A stretch of DNA of 63,741 nucleotides, counting the filler, from Octopus bimaculoides (taxonomy: Eukaryota): assembly GCF_001194135.2 (NCBI RefSeq). It is 8 parts of 8 records of this genome, joined end to end, with 100 filler letters (N's around TTAATTAATTAA, not from the genome) between each part and the next. Parts side by side here need not be neighbours in the genome. Positions count along the whole stretch, not along the records: positions 47,698 to 53,645 come from NC_068996.1; positions 53,746 to 58,141 come from NC_068988.1; positions 58,242 to 62,046 come from NC_069002.1; positions 62,147 to 63,741 come from NC_069008.1; 4 more parts are not named here. One strand, written 5' to 3'. Every line of letters starts with the position of its first letter. The first letter of the stretch is position 1. Shown piece by piece: positions 51,597 through 63,741 of the stretch. The notes beneath the pieces are model-generated. The model made no database searches. It saw only the letters and a program-made list of their open reading frames with translations, and was not told the origin of the DNA. Made by a program: the position numbers and the translations under genes.

Positions 51597-53746
51597 ATTC
51601 TGATTGGCTGGTTGTCAGATTTTAATGGACAAAGCTGAATTGAATATCATTGTTGAAAACGTGTTACGATTGTAGCTTGTGCCAAAGAATTTGGGAAATA
51701 CTAATATATTTTACAAATTAAAATTTAAAAAAAAAACTAAAATCATTATAAAAGGAACCTTATAATTTCAAGCAATTTTGTTTATTGTAAATATTTCTTC
51801 AAATATTAAATCATGTAAGGGAGATAATTCATATGGGAATATTTATTTGGGGTCAAAATGATATCCTGTTTTATATAGCATGGGATAGAACCTTTATTAA
51901 ACCAGTGACTTATTTAAATATTTCTGACCTAAAATATAACAGTCTATAAGAACTCATAGAATTGACAGGAAATTTTGATATAACAGTTGCATAGGTGCAG
52001 GCATGGCTATCTTGTAAGAAGTTTGCTATCCAACAACATGGTCTAGGGTTTGGTTCAACTGTGTGGCACCTTGGGCTTAAGCAAAGCCTTGTGAATTGAT
52101 TAGATAGATGGAAACTGAAAAAAAAAAATGCCAACCACTTTATGGAGTGTACTGGGTGCATTTTATGTGGCACCAGCAGTTAGCTAGTAACTTGATGATG
52201 AAGACCTCTCAGGTGAGAGGGACTGGAACTGAGGTAAGTGGCTTTGTGCCAGGTGAGAGGTTAGAGTATTATAAAGGGATAGAGAAAGTATTTTACTGTA
52301 GGGGAGATACTTGGCTACCCCAGTAGGAAAAGAAAGGAGAGGAAAGTGAGATATAATTGTGTGTGTGTGTGTGTGTGTATGTACTATCAGAGTGAGTGTG
52401 TGTGTTACTGTCTCCTGAATTTCAAGTGTTAGCTGTAAATGAATGTCACCATCATGCAAGCATGGAAAAGCAGATGTCAAACAATGCTGCTGCTGATAAT
52501 GATACAAGACAGAAAACTGCAAATTTAATGTCTGCAGGAAGACATAAAATCCTGTTATTCAAAATTTTATTTGTGACAAAGACTGCATTGAGTATTTCTA
52601 TGCATATGTAGAGCTATGTGTTTGGTAATAGACTAGTTTCTTTCTAAGCAGTGCTGCTCCTCTGTCTTTTAAACATTAAACATATTTGCAGAATGATGTG
52701 TCATGTTGTCCTTCTGGATTCTTAAAGAATATGAATGTTTATGAATATTTTGAAAGAGCTTTCATTAAGCTAGAATAAGATTTTGGGACAACAGTGTCAG
52801 TAGAGACTTTAATCATCATCATCATCTAGCATGTTTTCCATACTGGCATGCATTGGAAAGTTTAACAAGAGGCAACTCGCCAGAGGGCTGCACTGAGCTC
52901 CAATGTCTGCTTTGACGTGGTCATAGTTTCTATGGCTGGATGCCCTTTCTAATACCAACTGCTTTACAGAATCAACAGGGTCCTTTTTTTGTGGCAGCCA
53001 TATTGGTGAGGTCACAACCTATCCTACAATGTCATTTTTAAAATATGCAACCGTTTCAACTGGGGGTCTGGGAAGCCTGGTGCAGCCTCCTGGCTTCCCA
53101 GACCCCAGTTGAACCATCCAACCCATGCCAGCATGGAAAACGGACGTTAAGTGATGATGATGATGTTTCATCAAAAGCTTGAAGCTATAAGATAATGCTA
53201 GATTAATTCCAAACAATGTGAATAAATAAATATTACATTTGACAGAGTAATTTGAATGCTAAATTATTAAGCTGTAACATGGTTTATTAGATGTGATTCT
53301 TCCATTAAGCAAGTTTAGCCATCCTTGTTATAAAGTTCAGCTGTTTGCAAGACATGAACAAAATTTACCCCATGTTTACATTTGTATCTGTCTGTATTTA
53401 AGTCCTGCAATTTAGATTCATAAAAGAAATACCAGAATTGAAGAACTAAGTACTAAGATTGATATGATTGACTAAAAACTTCAAAGAGGTGCCCCAGCAT
53501 GGTCGCAGTCCAATGACTGAAACCAGTAAAATAAAAGAATACCTTTTAATTGTTACAGACACATTTTGTGTGTTTGCAAAAATATTTGTTCGTGAATGCA
53601 GTTTTATTTAAACTGTTAAACTCTTTTTAGTTTTTGGTTATGCACNNNNNNNNNNNNNNNNNNNNNNNNNNNNNNNNNNNNNNNNNNNNTTAATTAATTA
53701 ANNNNNNNNNNNNNNNNNNNNNNNNNNNNNNNNNNNNNNNNNNNNC

Positions 53747-54213
53747 TTGTTGTTGGCACTCCGTCGCTTACGGTGTCGAGGGTTCCAGTTGATCCGATCA
53801 ATGGAACAGCCTGCTCGTGAAATTAACGTGCAAGTGGCTGCAAGGGCCCGGGAACAGGGGGTGCAAGATCAAAATTTGCACCCCCTAAGCAAATTTTGTT
53901 CCCGGGCCACTGAGTGGCTGAGCACTCCACAGACACGTGTACCCTTAACGTAGTTCTCGGGGATATTCAGCGTGACACAGTGTGATAAGGCTGACCCTTT
54001 GAAATACAGGCACCACAGAAACAGGAAGTAAGAGTGAGAGAAAGTTGTGGTGAAAGAATACAGCAGGGTTCGCCACCTTCCCCTGCCGGAGCCTCGTGGA
54101 GCTTTTAGGTGTTTTCGCTCAATAAACACTCACAACACCCGGTCTGGGAATCGAAACCGCAGTCCTATGACCACGAGTCTGCTGCCCTAACCACTGGGCT
54201 ATTGCGCCTCCAC
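53747..54213 (-). mobile_element. Family C SINE interrupted by a mini-MITE
   Basis: Aligns with 36130-36517 except for an 80-bp insertion. Confidence 0.88.
53841..53912. mobile_element. 72-bp hAT-type MITE
   Basis: 8-bp TSD AGTGGCTG at 53833-53840 and 53913-53920; TIRs CAAGGGCCCGGGAAC / (rc) CAGTGGCCCGGGAAC. Confidence 0.88.
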
Positions 54214-54733
54214 ATCAGTTGACTACCTCTGTGCTATAGGACTTCTTGATCAGGGCTAACTTTGGACTGTGCAACAATAAATAGCAACAACACCAATATG
54301 TCAGAAGCCAAGTCTCCCCATAAATTTTACTATAATCTAAGAAGGGGATATTCATTGAATAGTACAGCCCTAGATACACCATTTGAAAACAAAAATAGGA
54401 TGGGCATATCTGGAGCACCTTTGATTACAGGTTTTTCTTGATCAGACTGGGGCTGAACAATAACAACATTACCACCACCACAATTTATGGCATTATAACC
54501 GCTATCACCATGACCAGACCAACATCACCACCACCACCAACAACACCACCACCACCAACAACACCACCACCACCATCATTACTGCCAACTACCAACACCA
54601 TCACTACCATTATCATTATTACTATCATTACTACCACTCGAGCCCTAACTTTCCTTACCATGAAAACTCAAGACCCATCTCTTCCACCCTCACCACACTA
54701 ACTTTAACTATCATCACTATCATTACAACCACT

Positions 54734-54764
<31 letters not shown>

Positions 54765-55919
54765 CTACTGTCACTATCAAACAGGAAGGCTGGTGTTTAC
54801 CCCACTCTCTACCAAGTCAACAAGGACTGAAAGGAATGTCCAGTCCCCATCCATAGTATGTCAGATGACCTTACTGAAACTCTGTTTATCCCCCCACCCC
54901 CACTCCACCCTAATCCTACCCATCCACAACCTGAGTCAATATATTTCTTCCAGTATATGTTAACTATTTCTTTATTGTCCAATATCCTCACACATCACAC
55001 ATCCCCCCTCCATCACCACCACATTGATGGTTCCACATACTTTTCTTGGTCTCCTCTTAGAATTGGCTTTATTTTAAGGGATTATAAGGACATAACCAAG
55101 CGCACATGCACACACACACACACACACAGGCGCATAGAAATATATACATGCTTACATATACCTTGTCTACTCACAACATATACACATGTATATTCACAAA
55201 TATTTATACACATACATTTAATTTCATTTACACACACACACACACACACATATTTAGTTTTAAAAAAAACTGCATAAAAACAAAGCATTTACTGGATAAG
55301 GGACTCACAATAAGTTTAGTGTCTCATCATTATTATTATTATTATCATCATCACCACCATCATCATTTAATGTCCTCTTTTCCTTGCTTGTATGGGTCTG
55401 ATGGAATTTCTTGAAGCAATTTTCTACAACAGGATGCACTTCTTATCACCAACCTTTGCCTGTTTCCTGACAAGGTAACATTTTCCCATAGGCAAGGCAT
55501 TTTTCACAGAAGACTAGAAATGAACAACTTCACTTGTATGACAGTAATACTCATTCATTTTACAACCTTTGTATGATTTTCAAGACAAAGGTATGCTCAA
55601 ACACACGCACACATTGATATTTATTTATTTATTTATGTATTATGCATGTATCTATATATGTGTGTGTGCCATGATAGATTGCTAGCCACTCCACATTCTT
55701 TTTTTCTCTCCTTGTTTCTTTCTGTGTTCCTTTCTGTGGAAGAGCGTAGGCTCAAAACGTTAAAGACATTTTCACTTCCCGAGCGTTATACTAATACATC
55801 TGTTTGTTGTCTACACCACCTGTCTTCGTCTTCTGTTTTTTTTGTGAATTCTCCCTATATATATATAAACATGTGTGTATATATAGTATATGTATGTATA
55901 TATATATATATGTATATGT

Positions 55920-56078
55920 GTTGGCGTTAGGAAGGGCATCCAGCTGTAGAAACTCTGCCAAATCAGACTGGAGCCTGGTGTTGCCATCCGGTTTCACCAG
56001 TCCTCAGTCAAATCGTCCAACCCATGCTAGCATGGAAAGCGGACGTTAAACGATGATGATGATGATGATGATGATGAT
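55920..56078 (+). mobile_element. Young RTE LINE 3' end, short
   Basis: Matches 75-230; (GAT)n tail. Confidence 0.8.
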
Positions 56079-58241
56079 GTGTGTGTATGTGTATTGTTTA
56101 ATAAACACAATATAAGGTTTTTATGCTCTACTATTAGTTTCATGTGATGAGAGCATGCCAGACAGTATTTTTTAACACATCTGGTGTCCTAGCACAATCT
56201 TCAGGCACTGCCCACATGGCATAACAAACTAACAATATTTATCTCTCACCAGATGGAGTACATTTTCTGTTGATATATGTATATGCATATATATCTGAAC
56301 ATCTCAGATGAGATGACAAAAGACCGAGATACCTGGTGCCTAGTTGTACTCAAAAAGACCTCTCCTCCAAAGCAGAAGCATTAAGGTCACTTCCCTGGTG
56401 TAGAGGATTGGCCTGCAAGAGTTGTGTGCCAATGCAACTAAGAAACCCCTGCATTGTTGCTGTGTGATTTACCAATCACTTGCAGAGTGTACTGGGTCTT
56501 TTCACATGGCACCAGCAGTAGAGGGGTCATCTTGTAGCTTACAAGGTGAAAAATTAGGAGTAAAATATGAGGGAAGAAATGGGTCATGTGTGGTGTGTGT
56601 GTGTGATACGCTGCACTAAGTATGTGTGTGTGCGTCATCATCCTTTAACGTCTGCTTTCCGTGCTGGCATGGGTTGGACTGTTAGACCAGAGCTGGCAAG
56701 CTGGAGAGCTGCACCACGTTCCAGTCAGATTTGGTTTGGTTTCTATGATTGAATGCCCTTCCTAATGCCAACCACTTTACAGTGTGAGCTGGGTGCTTTT
56801 AATGTGGCACCATACAAACGCTTCTACATGGCACCGGCATGAGTGCTTTCTACACGGTACTGGCACACAACTCTTGCAGGTCAATCCTCTTCACAGAGGG
56901 AGTGGCCATAACACTTCTGCTGTGAAGGATGGATCTTTTTGAGTACAAGGCGCCAGGAATCTTGGTCCTTTGTCACCCTCATCTGGGAGGTTCAGATATA
57001 CATGTATATCTCTTCCCTTCTTTTTTTATTTGTTTCAGTCATTAGACGGAGGCCAGGCTGGGGCACTACCTTGAAGAATTTTCAGTCGAATGAATTGACC
57101 CCTGTACTTATTTTTTGAGCCTGGCACTTATTCTATCAGTCTTTTGTGCTGAACCACCAAGTTATAGGATATATATATATGTGTGTGTATGTATATACAT
57201 TTACTCATTAGTATACTAAAGTACACACACACACAACCACATACATTCACCAATGATTGTGTAGTGGGAGGAGAGAAAAGTGCAAAGCTTTTTAAATGCT
57301 TTATTCCCACTCACTACAGACTCAAGTGGGTATGAATTTTATCAGCACACATGTTCACACATAGATAAATACAAACACACGCAAAGCTACCAACAGACAA
57401 ACATATACAGTTCGTGTATACACACACAGGGTTAAATATGACGAATACCCACAACTATCAATAAGATAAATACACATTAACAAACATAGCTATATATGTA
57501 ATAAATGCATATGTACAGAGACAAGAACAAATAGATATACATACATACATACATACACATGTATACACACAGATGAATACTGATATATGTATACACAGAT
57601 ATTCACTTGAGTTAATATACACAGGATTAGCATATATACATGCACATACATATATAGATTAAGATAGTACATACATTCACACATAACGACACACACACAC
57701 ACACAAATTAACAGACACACATGTAGGAGTATACATGTGTACATATTCATGCGTATGCAATTATAGTCCTGTATTTATTAATTTATATAGTTTTTTGTTA
57801 AATTATTTCATTGCACTCTTGCAATCTCTTCAGTAACTTGTCTCTCCACTTCCATTTATTTTGAATGTATGATCTAGCGTTGTTTTGACGTTGTTTCGAA
57901 ACTGTTCGGTATGAGCATGTGAGTGTGTGCAAGCTCGTATGTGTGCACGCTCATATGTGTGCACGCACTTATGTGTTCGTGCTTATATGTAAGTATGTGC
58001 GTCCATATGTGTGTTTGTAACAATTTCGTTTATATCAGATCAGATAGAGACTTTTTAATTAATTTATTTACGTTCATATTCCGCATCATATGTGTGAACA
58101 ACACATGCAACCATGGGCAATTGTAAGGCCCTCATCTACGTNNNNNNNNNNNNNNNNNNNNNNNNNNNNNNNNNNNNNNNNNNNNTTAATTAATTAANNN
58201 NNNNNNNNNNNNNNNNNNNNNNNNNNNNNNNNNNNNNNNNN

Positions 58242-59330
58242 TTTCAGTAAGGATAAAGAAAGGGAAGCAATGTGCCCTTTCGGCTAGCCAACTCTCCATG
58301 TATGGGATCTTTCATGTTTGGGCAGTGAGTGATGGGTTGAAGCCACGTACATTTAACAGGAATATGGAGGCAAAGGTAGTTTGATATTTGTATTGTTCTA
58401 GGAGTTTAGTCTTACGTGTTGTGTTGTTCAGAAGTAGCGGTGAGGGTAATTTTTGTATGGAGCTGTGTGTGTGTGTGATGTTCTAGTTTGTGGTGGGTGG
58501 CTGTTCGTTTTGCTTTGCATATAAGGCTGCCGATAGCTCGTTGGATCTCCTGGCTTAGATCGGCCGTCATATTTTCTAGATATGTTAGTAAAAAGAGATG
58601 CCGCTTGGTCAGATGATACATAGTTCATGTTCATGTTATCTGGGGTTATGGTTTTTCCATAGTTCTGTCTTGGTTGTTTGGTTGTAGGAGGTGAAGTGTG
58701 GTTTATTTTTTGTTGTTGTTGTAGCACTCCTCTGTTGCTGTTTATATTTATTTTTCGATCGTTTTGTGCCCTTCAGATGGTGGTAGATACATTTTGGGTT
58801 CAGGCACATCATTATGACACAAATTTTGGCCCAGTTTAGGATTGAAAAAGATGCATCCGTTGCCTTTTGTGCACCTATATTTAGGGTCAGGGCCATGGAC
58901 TCAGCATTTAGGACAGTATTTAGGGTGAAGGTGAGGACAGTTTTTTCCCGTTATACCATAAGGACAGGTGTCCTTAACAAGTCTACGGCCTAAGGTAGGA
59001 TGAATAAAGGACCGTTGGGGCCAAATCTACAGTTTACCTTCAGAATGGTAACGATATGGTTTTTGACATGGGCATAATAGAGGTTTTTCTATTTTGGTAG
59101 GTTCATTGGTGAGTGGTGCTATTGTAATAGCAGTAGTAGGCGGTTGTTGTTGCGGTAGTGAATCGTGGCTTGCCACAGTAGTGTTGAGTGGAATTAGGTC
59201 AGATAGCCATTTCAATGATGATATTGTTTGTTGCTGGCTAACGGGTCGTTGAGGTGACCCCTGACCTGTTGGCATTGGGAGAGTTGATCGACTACATCCA
59301 TTGACATGTATGGCTTCTGGTGTTACCATG
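58242..59330 (-). mobile_element. Degenerate 5' region of a CR1/L2-group LINE (ORF1 with Cys/His knuckles, possible start of APE)
   Basis: CPYGITGKNCPHLHPKYCPKC*VHGPDPKYRCTKGNGCIFFNPKL resembles tandem C-x8-C-x3-HP motifs of LINE ORF1s; multiple stops. Confidence 0.6.
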
Positions 59331-61310
59331 TGCGTGTGTAAGGTATGAAACGGTTTTGTGATTTCATTTTGTTTTCGATCTGTTTTACAGATCTATAAAA
59401 GGACTGTGGCGCTAATTGCTATGAAGGTTTGATGTTGTGGAGAGAAAAATTGGAAGAAAATGTTACAGAGGTTTAAAAATCGAAAAAACTGTGTATTTAT
59501 AGACAATAGTGAGATAGAAATTTTCTGCGCTTAGCGGAGCGATGTCAACTTTAGGGTTGTAACCTGTAAAATTTATAGTTTAGCGTCTGTGACATGACCT
59601 GTTCATTGTAAGCTTCTAAATAAACAGAAATAGTTAATAAAATCAACATGCATTATCTTACTGTTTCTTTTGTCTTTTAATTGATTGTATGTTTGCATTA
59701 TTTTTCTTTAATTTGTAATATTAATATATTTGTGCTTATTTTATGCGCATTTCAGTATTATGATTACCTATCCTGTATTTGTGTACATCATTAATATATA
59801 AGTGCATGTGTGTGTGTGTGTGCGAAAAGGGGGAGTCTGTCTCCAAAACTTCAAAGTTGAGTAACGCTTTCACGCTTGGATTTGTAAACTACGATAAAAA
59901 TACCACTGGTCAACAAAGAATTTGTCTCAAGAAAAAGAATACCTCTATCTTATATGTCTTTGCCTACAGAATTCGAAGATAATATCAAATTATCTGTACT
60001 AAGTTCACATATTCCATTCACCATCATAATGCCACGAAACTGTTATAAACATCGCAAACAACTTTTGCTATATAAGAAAAATATGTAAAATATTAAGACA
60101 ACTGACGAAACCTATCTATAATAAAACTGTAATTGATAAATATAAGTTTTTATTAAAACAAAACGCGCGGGTGAAGTAAATCTCGTGGTGTGAAGAATCA
60201 ACACAACATGCGGGTGGAACATAACAAAATGTGAGGTTGTCATGGTAACAAGCTATTAAAGCCTCGCTGTTTGTTGATTGGCTAAAATTACTCCAATTTA
60301 CTCCAATTTACTCCAATTTACGAGATAGAGCAATAGGTTGATCGTGATCAAGATTTAGAGATGCAATCTGAGCAAAATTAAAGGAAGCTCATTTTGCGAA
60401 TAAACAGACTAGATCCGATATCTATCTATCTCTCTATCTATTGATCGCCCTTTTTTTTTTTTTTGATCCCTTTTGATCAAACTACCCCCTTTTCCTTCCT
60501 ACGATCCCTTTTGATCGCCCCCCCNNNNNNNNNNNNNNNNNNNNNNNNNNNNNNNNNNNNNNNNNNNNNNNNNNNNNNNNNNNNNNNNNNNNNNNNNNNN
60601 NNNNNNNNNNNNNNNNNNNNNNNNNNNNNNNNNNNNNNNNNNNNNNNNNNNNNNNNNNNNNNNNNNNNNNNNNNNNNNNNNNNNNNNNNNNNNNNNNNNN
60701 NNNNNNNNNNNNNNNNNNNNNNNNNNNNNNNNNNNNNNNNNNNNNNNNNNNNNNNNNNNNNNNNNNNNNNNNNNNNNNNNNNNNNNNNNNNNNNNNNNNN
60801 NNNNNNNNNNNNNNNNNNNNNNNNNNNNNNNNNNNNNNNNNNNNNNNNNNNNNNNNNNNNNNNNNNNNNNNNNNNNNNNNNNNNNNNNNNNNNNNNNNNN
60901 NNNNNNNNNNNNNNNNNNNNNNNNNNNNNNNNNNNNNNNNNNNNNNNNNNNNNNNNNNNNNNNNNNNNNNNNNNNNNNNNNNNNNNNNNNNNNNNNNNNN
61001 NNNNNNNNNNNNNNNNNNNNNNNNNNNNNNNNNNNNNNNNNNNNNNNNNNNNNNNNNNNNNNNNNNNNNNNNNNNNNNNNNNNNNNNNNNNNNNNNNNNN
61101 NNNNNNNNNNNNNNNNNNNNNNNNNNNNNNNNNNNNNNNNNNNNNNNNNNNNNNNNNNNNNNNNNNNNNNNNNNNNNNNNNNNNNNNNNNNNNNNNNNNN
61201 NNNNNNNNNNNNNNNNNNNNNNNNNNNNNNNNNNNNNNNNNNNNNNNNNNNNNNNNNNNNNNNNNNNNNNNNNNNNNNNNNNNNNNNNNNNNNNNNNNNN
61301 NNNNNNNNNN

Positions 61311-61348
<38 letters not shown>

Positions 61349-61382
61349 ATGGAATAATTGCTGTGAAGCATTGTGTAGAATA

Positions 61383-61859
61383 TATTGTATAAAAGATCGT
61401 GGGTAAGACCAAAACAATGTGAAGTAAATGTAAGGTAAATCACAAGAAACCAAATATGTGAATCAATGTAGACTTACCTTGTATTCAATATTTCCCTTCT
61501 ATTATTGATTTTGGGTTTCTTTTGGTGTATGAGGATAGCCTCAGAGATCCTAAGGTTCCCCATGCTTCACTGTGTGGAATTGATGTGCAAAGTGAACCCA
61601 AATCCGAAAATCAATAATAGAAAGGAATTACAAGAAGCTAGCTGGTTGCTATAGCAACACCCTTCTGCTTATGTCCACACCATACACGTTCACACACGCG
61701 CATATCGGCAACGTTCATTTATTTTCTTGAAAATGGGTCATAACCCCGAAATATTGAATACAAGGTAATTCTACATTAATTCACCTATTTGTTTTCTTGT
61801 GATTTAACTTGCATTTACTTCATATTGTTTTGGCCTTACCCACGATCTTTTATACAATA
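61383..61859. mobile_element. MITE with ~110-bp TIRs and a nested inner inverted repeat
   Basis: 61383-61493 is the reverse complement of 61748-61859 (few mismatches); TA at both ends; inner IR 61494-61513 versus about 61606-61625. Confidence 0.8.
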
Positions 61860-62146
61860 CACACACACACACACACACACACACATGCATCTGTATTGTT
61901 CTTAACCCCCCACTATTGTTTTAGTGACATGTTTCCTAGCTAAGCCACATGACAGAAAGTTTTCTGTGAGAAGACTTAACAAGCATGTATTTCGCTGAAA
62001 TGCTGTGGATCATATGAGACAATATAGAGCAACCTGCAGATATGTTNNNNNNNNNNNNNNNNNNNNNNNNNNNNNNNNNNNNNNNNNNNNTTAATTAATT
62101 AANNNNNNNNNNNNNNNNNNNNNNNNNNNNNNNNNNNNNNNNNNNN

Positions 62147-62177
<31 letters not shown>

Positions 62178-62615
62178 CAGATGAATATGGTACTTAAGTT
62201 TAGGCACCAGAATTTAGTATGGTATTATCCATACAATTTCAAAGTAAGGTGATTAGAATCAAAATAAGCAACAAGGATATCCAGAGGTAATGCAGTACGA
62301 TTGTTTCATGCAACTCCATTTAATTGAACAATGCAATCATTACATCAATTTAAAATGCAGAGCAATCCTCAGCTGCACAAGGACATAGAATTTAATCAAA
62401 TTAGAACAGATGGACACATTAGTATAATAATACCTAAAATCTCGCAGAGGTTAGGGAGACAGACAGAGAATATCTTGCTTTAGCCGCACCACCTTCCATA
62501 GTGATCAGAGATGCATATATCGTTAGCCCCCAAGGGACATGCTCAACTGGTTAAGGTCAAACAACTGACAAGCAAATCTGTGGTACTGAGCACAATATTT
62601 GCTGTAGCCTTTCAC

Positions 62616-62691
<76 letters not shown>

Positions 62692-63379
62692 GGTGGTGGT
62701 GGTGGTAGGAAGAGGTGGAGAAGTTATAGTGGTGGTGTGATGGTTGTAATGGCGATGGTGGTGGCGGTGGTGGTGGTGGCGATAGTAGTAATAGTTACAG
62801 TAGTCGTAGTCGTAGTAGTAGTAGTAGTTGTTGTTGTAGTATTCAGTGCCAAATGTACAATCATAGCGTAGATATAAAAGGAAAAGAAAAAAGAAGAAAA
62901 GAAACAAAGGAAACAAGATGATCCTGATAAAGCTCAGTTCCTCCATAACGTTATAATAATTGAATTTGTCTTCAGACATGCAAGATAGAAAGATGTGTTT
63001 TTAATTTGTTATCAATTAAAATACAATCAATTAAAGTTCTTATATATTAATTGCTAATGAATTCCAGAAGTGGTGTTGGTGATGGAGATGGGGGATAATG
63101 TTGGAGCAGAAAGAAGAGCAACTGTCGAATCTGACCTGAAGTGTTGTTACATAAATGCTGTGTAGCCTACGCATAAAAGGACCTTCAGATATTCTGATGT
63201 AGCACAACAGTAAATATTTTTATGCTTAGAGCTTAGTTTCCCAACCACATGGTGCTGGGTTCAGTCCCATTCTGTGGCACTTAGGTAAAATGTCTTTGAC
63301 TATAGCCTTGGGCTGACCAAAGCTTTACAAGTGGATTTAGTAGACAGAAACTGAAAGAAGCCCTTCATGTATATAATAT

Positions 63380-63741
63380 AATCAAAATCAAACTAAATTC
63401 GACGACTGGCACCCATGTCAACGTCGTCTCCTTCATTCGACACGAAACTCGACTTACGAAGACCTGTTGGGGCAAGCAAAAGCGAAATCGTGATGGCACC
63501 TGTGCCCAGCGTCGCCTTCCTGCCACGTGTAAAGACATTCGAGCGAGATCATTGCCAGTGCCGCTGGACTGGCTCCTGCGCAGGTGGCACGTAAAATACA
63601 CCATTTCGAGCGTGGCTGTTGCCAGTACTGCCTGACAGCCTTCGTGCCGGTGGCACGTAGAAGCACCCACTACACTCTCAGAGTGGTTGGCGTTAGGAAG
63701 GGCATCCAGCTGTAGAAACCTTGCCAGGTCAGATTGGAGCC
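63380..63741 (+). mobile_element. RTE-type 3'UTR repeat (older subfamily), runs off the window
   Basis: Shares the GCACCCACTACACTCTC...GGAAGGGCATCCAGCTGTAGAAAC block; 63421-63530 is the reverse complement of 3289-3398. Confidence 0.7.

Noticed and set aside
58981-58990. GTCTACGGCC resembling the 5' end of 5S rRNA
   Set aside because: Only 10 nt match, and it lies within the LINE ORF1 remnant
3575-61453. Long ORFs dominated by X
   Set aside because: They span N gaps and are artefacts of translating unknown bases
18353-62102. Seven copies of TTAATTAATTAA (18353, 32939, 43379, 47642, 53690, 58186, 62091)
   Set aside because: Each sits in the centre of an N run; where counted it is 44 N + 12 + 44 N = 100 bp. 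This is an artificial all-frame-stop scaffold linker, not biology

Overview
Repeat-rich, gap-riddled eukaryotic DNA. The SINE/LINE families and microsatellite density suggest a cephalopod (Octopus-like) genome, which is an inference. The only confidently identifiable gene segment is one 132-bp minus-strand exon of protein kinase D (first C1 domain, 4733-4864). The canonical upstream exon was not found, so most of the window is probably a very large PKD intron, or partly in gaps. The rest is tRNA-derived SINEs of at least four families, a very young RTE LINE subfamily (five near-identical 3' ends), CR1/L2, Penelope and RLE-type LINE remnants, hAT/pogo/mariner relics and MITEs, and long microsatellites. 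Most notable observations: (i) a tRNA-headed SINE-like element whose tail contains a minimal type-I hammerhead ribozyme motif and whose head is partly inverted, next to a 197-bp almost perfect inverted duplication; (ii) phase-compatible orphan exons suggesting unannotated nested gene(s) on both strands; (iii) a 72-bp hAT MITE with a perfect 8-bp TSD inside a young SINE; (iv) several long inverted repeats that could form dsRNA; (v) a CpG-rich/CpG-poor mosaic that switches at artificial scaffold linkers. The seven TTAATTAATTAA linkers are assembly artefacts, so contiguity across them is unproven.
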